The position numbers were made by a program, and so were the translations under genes. This document shows, piece by piece, positions 58,321-64,000 of a stretch of DNA of 64,000 nucleotides (its first letter is position 1; each line of letters opens with the position of its first letter). This DNA comes from Alphaproteobacteria bacterium (GTDB lineage: Bacteria; Pseudomonadota; Alphaproteobacteria; UBA828). The stretch spans positions 992,001 through 1,056,000 of the forward strand of contig CBDCQT010000013.1 in assembly GCA_965220745.1 (NCBI GenBank), written 5' to 3'. The notes under the pieces were generated by a model. The model was not told the DNA's origin, searched no databases, and saw only the letters and a program-made list of their open reading frames with translations.

Positions 58321-59175
58321 ATGGCGCTCCAGATCCTGATCCAGGGGTTTGTCCTCAGCGGCCTTTATGCGCTGATTGCCGTCGGTTTCACCATGATCTT
58401 CAGCGTGGGCCGGGTGCTGAACCTCGCCTACGGCGTCTACATCATGCTCGGCGGCTACATCTACTACGCGGCCCTCCAGGGGGCGGGGCTGCCGGTCTTC
58501 GCGAGCTTCATCCTGGCGATACTGGCGGGCGTGACCTTCGGCCTGCTCACCTACCTGCTCCTGGTCCGCCGGCTGGAAGACAACCCGATCGCGGTCGAGA
58601 TATCGACGCTGATCCTCGCCGTGGTCATGCAGGCGCTGATCGTGGTGATCTTCGGCGCCGCGCCCAAGACCATGTGGCCGGTGATCAGAGGCGTGCTCCG
58701 CTTCGAGGGCATCTCGGTCACCATGAACATCCTGCTCGCCACGGGCGTGAGCTGGATCGTGCTCGGCGGCCTCATGGCCTTTGTGCGCTACACTCACCTC
58801 GGCCGCGCGATACGCGCGGTCTCCATGGACCGCAAGGGCGCGGTGATCTCGGGCATCGAGCCGAGCTTCATCAGCATGGTGACCTGGGCGCTCTCCGGCG
58901 CCTTCGGCGCCATCGCCGGGGTCTTCTTCGCGACCTTCACCCAGCTCGATTCGCACATGTGGGTGTTTCCGCTCATCATCTCGGTCGCCGTGGTGATCGT
59001 CGGCGGCATCGGCAGCATCGTGGGCAGTCTGATCGCGGCCCACATCATCGGCTTCGTGGAGACCATCACGACCACGATGATCGCGGCCGAGCTGCGCGGC
59101 GTCTCCACCATGCTGCTCATCATCCTGGTCCTGCTGATCCGGCCCAAGGGCCTGTTCGGCAGGGCGGAGCTCTGA
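58321..59175 (+). CDS. branched-chain amino acid-type ABC permease (LivH-like)
   Basis: YALIAVGFTMIF...LNLAYG, GRAIRAVS, IVGGIGSI, RPKGLFG. Confidence 0.92.
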   Translation: MALQILIQGFVLSGLYALIAVGFTMIFSVGRVLNLAYGVYIMLGGYIYYAALQGAGLPVFASFILAILAGVTFGLLTYLLLVRRLEDNPIAVEISTLILAVVMQALIVVIFGAAPKTMWPVIRGVLRFEGISVTMNILLATGVSWIVLGGLMAFVRYTHLGRAIRAVSMDRKGAVISGIEPSFISMVTWALSGAFGAIAGVFFATFTQLDSHMWVFPLIISVAVVIVGGIGSIVGSLIAAHIIGFVETITTTMIAAELRGVSTMLLIILVLLIRPKGLFGRAEL

Positions 59176-59178
59176 GCC

Positions 59179-60132
59179 GTGGCCATCGACCGCGAGACGC
59201 TGCGTTATCTCGGCTGGTGGCTCGCCTTCGGCGTGCTCATGTGCCTGCTGCCCTTTGTGGTTGGCACCGGCACGCTGCGCATCCTGATCTTCGCCCACTT
59301 CCTGGCGATGTTCGCCATGAGCTGGGATTTTCTCTCTGGCCGGACGGGCTACATCAGCTTCGGCCACCCCTTCCTGATCGGCATCGCCGGCTACACCACG
59401 GCGATCCTCAGCTTCCGCTTCGACGTGCCGATCTACTACAGCATTCCGGCGGCGATCGTCGCGACCATGGTGGGCGGCACGCTCTTCTTCCTGCCGGCGC
59501 TACGTATCCGTGGCACCTATTTCGCCCTGGTGACGCTCGCCTTCATGGAGATTCTCTACCAGCTCACCAAGGTGGTGGCGCCCAAGATCACCGGCGGCAC
59601 GCGGGGCATGTCGGGCCTCGAGTCCATCGTCACCGGCGCGGTCAACAACTATTACCTGAGCTTCGGAATCATGTTCGTGACCGGCGTGGTGCTCTGGCTG
59701 CTCATCCGCACGCGGCTCGGTATCGCGCTGAGCGCCATCAGGATGAACGAGGAGGCGGTTCGCAGCACCGGCCACAACACCACCAAGCTCAAGCTCTTCG
59801 CCTTCACCGTGAGCGCGGCGGTGTCCGGCATCGGCGGCGCTTTCTATGTCCACTACATCGGCTCGATTGCGCCGCGCGGCATGTTCGAGATCAACTTCCT
59901 CTTCACCATCCTGGTGGCGGCGCTGCTGGGCGGGGCGGAGACCATCATCGGCCCGATCATGGGCGCCTACTTCCTGACCGTTCTGCTTGAGTATCTCAGG
60001 CCGGTGATGCCCGGCATGGAACGCTACCTCCTCTACGGCGCGATCGCGCTGGTGCTCTACGTGGTCCGGCCCGAGGGCATCTACAGCATCATCGCTGATG
60101 CCGGCCGCAAGGTGCAGGAGTGGCGGCGGTGA
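59179..60132 (+). CDS. branched-chain amino acid-type ABC permease (LivM-like)
   Basis: GYISFGH, LRIRGTYFALVTLAF, AIRMNEEA, LLGG. Confidence 0.92.
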   Translation: MAIDRETLRYLGWWLAFGVLMCLLPFVVGTGTLRILIFAHFLAMFAMSWDFLSGRTGYISFGHPFLIGIAGYTTAILSFRFDVPIYYSIPAAIVATMVGGTLFFLPALRIRGTYFALVTLAFMEILYQLTKVVAPKITGGTRGMSGLESIVTGAVNNYYLSFGIMFVTGVVLWLLIRTRLGIALSAIRMNEEAVRSTGHNTTKLKLFAFTVSAAVSGIGGAFYVHYIGSIAPRGMFEINFLFTILVAALLGGAETIIGPIMGAYFLTVLLEYLRPVMPGMERYLLYGAIALVLYVVRPEGIYSIIADAGRKVQEWRR

Positions 60133-60872
60133 CGGCGGCGACAAGCCCGCTGCTGGAGGTACGCGACCTCCACATGACCTTCGGCGGCATCCGCGCCGTG
60201 CAGGGGATCTCGTTCCAGGTGGCGGAGGGCGAGACGCTGGGCCTGATCGGACCCAACGGCGCCGGCAAGACCACCGTCTTCAACATGATCATGGCGGAGC
60301 TCAGGCCCACCAGCGGCCAGATCTGGTTCAGGGGCGAGAACATCACCCGCGTGCCCACTTACGAGCGGGTGAAGCGCGGCATCGCGCGCACCTATCAGGT
60401 GCCTCAGCCCTTCGCCGAGATGTCGGTGGGCGCCAACATCCGCGTCGGCATGGCGCCGGACGACATCTGGAAGCTGGTCAGCGAGGGGGCGGACCACGCG
60501 GCGGAAGCGGACATCGGGCGCAGCGTCGGCTTCTCCGACGAGCAGATCGACATGCTGCCGAGCGAGCTCGCCATGGGCGACCTGCGCCGGCTGGAGATGG
60601 CGCGCAACGTCGCCGTCGCGCCCACGCTGCTGCTGCTGGACGAGGTCTTCGCCGGCCTGACGCTGCGCGAGATCGGCCAGATTTCCGAGCTTCTGGTCGA
60701 GAAGAAGCAAAGAGACGGGCTCACCTACATCATCGTGAGCCACGACCTGCGCGCGCTCGCACCGCTGGTCGACCGGGTGATCGTGATGTCCTTCGGCGAG
60801 ATCATTGCGGAGGGCACCTTCGACGACGTGGTGCGCGACGAGGCGGTGCGCGACGCCTACCTCGGGCAATAG
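60129..60872 (+). CDS. ABC ATP-binding protein (LivG-like)
   Basis: GLIGPNGAGKTT, LLLLDE, VRDAYLG. Confidence 0.92.
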   Translation: MTAATSPLLEVRDLHMTFGGIRAVQGISFQVAEGETLGLIGPNGAGKTTVFNMIMAELRPTSGQIWFRGENITRVPTYERVKRGIARTYQVPQPFAEMSVGANIRVGMAPDDIWKLVSEGADHAAEADIGRSVGFSDEQIDMLPSELAMGDLRRLEMARNVAVAPTLLLLDEVFAGLTLREIGQISELLVEKKQRDGLTYIIVSHDLRALAPLVDRVIVMSFGEIIAEGTFDDVVRDEAVRDAYLGQ

Positions 60873-60893
60873 GAGCGGGGAGGGGAGACGACC

Positions 60894-61598
60894 GTGGCGC
60901 TGCTGAGCATCGGCGAGCTCGACGTCTTCTACGGCCGCGCGCAGGCGCTGCACGGCGTCTCGCTCGAGGTGGAAGCGGGGCAGATCGTCGCAGTCGTCGG
61001 CCCCAATGGCGCCGGCAAGTCGACGCTGCTCGACTCGATCATCGGGCTCACCCGGCGGCGCGGCCGGATCGAGTTCGAGGGGCGCGACATCAGCCGCATG
61101 GCGCCGGCGCGGATCGTCCGCCTCGGCATCGGCTACGCGCCGGAGCGCGGCAACCTCTTCCCCTTCATGGGGGTGAAGGAGAACCTGCTGGTCGGCGCCT
61201 ACCGCAAGCGCGATGCGATCGAGGAGAATCTCAAGACCGTCTTCGACCTCTTCCCGCGCCTGGAGGAACGTCAGAAACAGGAGACAGCGACTCAATCAGG
61301 CGGCGAGCGCCAGATGGCCTCGCTCGGCAGGGCGCTGATGTCGAGCCCCAAGCTCCTGATGGTGGACGAGCCGACGCTTGGCCTCGCCCCCAAGGTGTGC
61401 CTCGACATCGCCGCCGTTCTCAGGGACTGCAACGAGCGGCTCGGTCTCACGATAATCATCACCGAGCAGAACGCGAACTTCGCCATGAGCCTTGCGCAGG
61501 AGGTCTACCTGCTGGAGACCGGCCACATGGGCGAGAAGCGGACGCCGGAAGAGCTGCGCGAATCCGCCGACATCGCGGCGGCCTACTTCGGCGATTGA
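60894..61598 (+). CDS. ABC ATP-binding protein (LivF-like)
   Basis: GPNGAGKST, LFPRLEER, SGGERQM, DEPTLGLAP, EQN. Confidence 0.92.
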   Translation: MALLSIGELDVFYGRAQALHGVSLEVEAGQIVAVVGPNGAGKSTLLDSIIGLTRRRGRIEFEGRDISRMAPARIVRLGIGYAPERGNLFPFMGVKENLLVGAYRKRDAIEENLKTVFDLFPRLEERQKQETATQSGGERQMASLGRALMSSPKLLMVDEPTLGLAPKVCLDIAAVLRDCNERLGLTIIITEQNANFAMSLAQEVYLLETGHMGEKRTPEELRESADIAAAYFGD

Positions 61599-61633
61599 GG
61601 GCCGGGCAGCGGCAAGAAAAACCGATGGACCGC

Positions 61634-62224
61634 TTATTTGGCTTCGGATTTCTTCTGCTTGGCGATCAGTTTCTCTTCAGGCGTCCTGCCCCGGCCGACA
61701 TGAAATCGGTCGACGAATAGAGGTCTCTTCGATCCCTCCCGGTACCAGCTCATCACCATCGGCACGCCTGCCATCCTGAACAGGCCGATCTGAGGGCAGC
61801 GGCGATCGGTTTCCTTGGCGAGCTCCTTCACTCGCTCCGTCTTCTCGCGGGTCTTCACATGGAGATCGAAATTGATCTGCTCGTACTTGGGCTGCAGGTG
61901 AAGATCGAAAAAGAAGCCGCGGATATCGATGAGAGAGCGGATATCGGTCCTCAGATCCTGATACTTGAAGCCCTGATCGCGGGCCACCACGGCGATGGTG
62001 ATCGAGGTGCAGGAGGCGAGAGCGCAGAGCTGAGCGTGGACCGGGGTCCAGCCGCGTGATTTCCCCTGAAGATCGGGTGGATCGCCGATGTCGAAGCCCT
62101 CGGGCTCGTCGAACATGATGGAAGGCTGGCCGTCGAAGTAGCCCTCCACGCGCATGTGCTCGAAGGACTTCGTGCTCACGTCCGAGATGCCGATGTAATC
62201 CGGATAGCGCGCTTCCCGTTCCAT
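61634..62224 (-). CDS. OsmC/Ohr family protein
   Basis: DEP...G...P...ALASC and RCP conserved cysteines. Confidence 0.75.
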   Translation of the reverse strand: MEREARYPDYIGISDVSTKSFEHMRVEGYFDGQPSIMFDEPEGFDIGDPPDLQGKSRGWTPVHAQLCALASCTSITIAVVARDQGFKYQDLRTDIRSLIDIRGFFFDLHLQPKYEQINFDLHVKTREKTERVKELAKETDRRCPQIGLFRMAGVPMVMSWYREGSKRPLFVDRFHVGRGRTPEEKLIAKQKKSEAK

Positions 62225-62300
62225 GGGGTGCTCCCTTAATCCCGTTCGTACAGTCGTACACGGCGCTCAGGCTGCCGATATCCGCGCTGTCGGGGTCCCC

Positions 62301-64000
62301 CTAACGGCGGCCGAAGAGGCGCTCGATATCGGCGAGCTTGAGCTCCACGTAGGTGGGCCGGCCGTGGTTGCACTGGCCGGCGTGAGGGGTCGCCTCCATC
62401 TGGCGCAGGAGCGCGTTCATCTCGTCGGCATTGAGCCGGCGGCCGGCGCGGACGCTGCCGTGGCAGGCGAGGGTGCTGCACACGTCACCGAGACGCTGGC
62501 GCAGCGTCGTCGCGTCGTCCCAGTCCGCGAGCTCGTCGGCAAGGTCGCGCACCAGGCTCTGCGTATCGCCGTTGCCGATGAGCGCCGGCACCTCGCGCAC
62601 TACCACGGCGCCCGGCCCGAAACGCTCCAGCACCAGGCCGAGATCGGCGAACTCGCCCGCTCGCGCTTCCAGCCTGCCCACTGCCGTCTCGTCGAGCTCG
62701 ATCACTTCCGGGATCAGCAGGATCTGGCGCTGGATGCCGGAATCGGCGAGCGCGGCCTTCATGCGCTCGTAGACGATGCGCTCGTGGGCGGCGTGCTGGT
62801 CGACGATGACGATGCCGTCCTCGGTCTGCGCCACGACGTAGGTGCCGTGCACCTGCCCGCGGGCGACGCCCAGGGGATAGGCGACGGGTGGGCCGTCCCC
62901 AGCCTCGACCGCCGGCGGGATGGCCTCGTCGGCCGGCGGCGGGCTCTCGATCCGGGCAGAGGGCGCGTCCAGCGGCGCCTGGTAACGGGTCTGGGCCTCG
63001 GCGAGCAACGGTGCGTGTGAGGGCGGCGGCGCGCCATAACCCCGATTCGCCGCAGGGCCTTTGCGAGCGCCGCCGCTCCCCTGCGGCCTCATGGCGGCGA
63101 GGGTGTCGTCGGCGACCGTGGTCGCGGCGTGATGGCCGGCGGCGGCGAGCGCCCGCTTGAGTGAGCCCACGATGAGCCCGCGCACCAGCGCGGCATCGCG
63201 GAAGCGGACCTCAGCCTTGGTCGGATGGACGTTGACGTCCACCATGTCGGGCGGGAGATCGACGAAGAGCGCCGCCATGGGATGGCGCCCGCGATGCAGC
63301 AGGTCGGCGTAGGCCGCGCGCACGGCGCCGTGCAGCAGGCGGTCGCGCACCGGCCGGCCGTTGACGAAGAGGTACTGGTGCTGCGCGCTGGCGCGGTTGA
63401 GGGTGGGCAGCGCCGCGTAGCCGGTGAGCCGCACGCCCTCGCGCTCGGCATCGATGGGGAGCGCGTTCTGGGCGAAGTCGCGGCCCATGACCAGCGCGAG
63501 GCGCGCGAGGCGCCCGGCCGGCGCATCTTCGTGGGGCTCGTCGCGCAGCAGCGTGCGGCTGCCGTCGACCAGGGTGAAGCCGATAGTCGGATGGCACATG
63601 GCGAGGCGGTTTACGACATCAGCGGCGTGGCCCGACTCGGTGCGTGGCGCCTTGAGGAACTTGAGCCGTGCCGGCGTGGCATAGAAGAGGTCCGCCACCG
63701 TCACCGTGGTCCCCTGCGGGCGGGCGGCGGGCGTGGGGGCGCCCGGCTCGCCGCCGGCGGCTTCGATGGACCAGGCGTTGTCCGACCCGGCAGCGCGGCT
63801 CGCGAGCGTGAGCCGGCTGACCGCGGCAATGGAGGGCAGCGCCTCGCCGCGGAAGCCGAGGGTCGCGATGGACCAGAGATCGCCGTCCTCGGCGAGCTTG
63901 GAGGTGGCGTGGCGGGCGAGCGCCAGCGGCAGCTCGTCGCGGCCCATGCCGCGGCCGTCGTCGGCGACCCGGATCAGGCGGCGCCCGCTCTCCTCCAGCG
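62301..64000 (-). CDS. mutL: DNA mismatch repair endonuclease MutL, 5'-truncated by window edge
   Basis: [47 protein letters not shown]. Confidence 0.97.
   Translation of the reverse strand, partial: LEESGRRLIRVADDGRGMGRDELPLALARHATSKLAEDGDLWSIATLGFRGEALPSIAAVSRLTLASRAAGSDNAWSIEAAGGEPGAPTPAARPQGTTVTVADLFYATPARLKFLKAPRTESGHAADVVNRLAMCHPTIGFTLVDGSRTLLRDEPHEDAPAGRLARLALVMGRDFAQNALPIDAEREGVRLTGYAALPTLNRASAQHQYLFVNGRPVRDRLLHGAVRAAYADLLHRGRHPMAALFVDLPPDMVDVNVHPTKAEVRFRDAALVRGLIVGSLKRALAAAGHHAATTVADDTLAAMRPQGSGGARKGPAANRGYGAPPPSHAPLLAEAQTRYQAPLDAPSARIESPPPADEAIPPAVEAGDGPPVAYPLGVARGQVHGTYVVAQTEDGIVIVDQHAAHERIVYERMKAALADSGIQRQILLIPEVIELDETAVGRLEARAGEFADLGLVLERFGPGAVVVREVPALIGNGDTQSLVRDLADELADWDDATTLRQRLGDVCSTLACHGSVRAGRRLNADEMNALLRQMEATPHAGQCNHGRPTYVELKLADIERLFGRR

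Overview
High-GC chromosomal segment of an alphaproteobacterium. The gene order hisB-DUF2628-hisH-GNAT-hisA-hisF-hisE-HIT and a tRNA-His that keeps G-1:C73 suggest a Rhodospirillales-like host (inference). Most of the window is housekeeping and nitrogen-scavenging metabolism: ggt, gshA, rsmE, ubiA, ubiD, the his genes, nnr, amt, glnE, ispG, ctaA, mutL, an opine-oxidase-like triad, a polyamine-type ABC system followed by amidohydrolase/creatininase/agmatinase-like/deaminase genes, and a Liv-type ABC system. Several small features that the ORF track misses or does not explain sit among these genes. (i) A ~1.9-kb low-GC islet with no integrase (unknown gene plus XRE-ImmA/IrrE peptidase, RosmerTA-like architecture) lies between two 116-bp copies of the 3' end of an RDD gene. 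(ii) An rreB-like small mRNA has a 17-nt Shine-Dalgarno. (iii) A Doc toxin ORF has no canonical start codon near its 5' end. (iv) A VapBC-type module splits an ABC operon. (v) A solitary Mu-gp27/DUF3486-like gene is followed by a 10-bp-period tandem array. (vi) A 149-bp MITE-like palindromic element has a degenerate second copy. (vii) GlnE has an apparently degenerate second catalytic domain. (viii) There is a 43-aa membrane peptide. No rRNA, CRISPR array, integrase or transposase was seen. All family calls come from motif recognition by eye; no database search was run.
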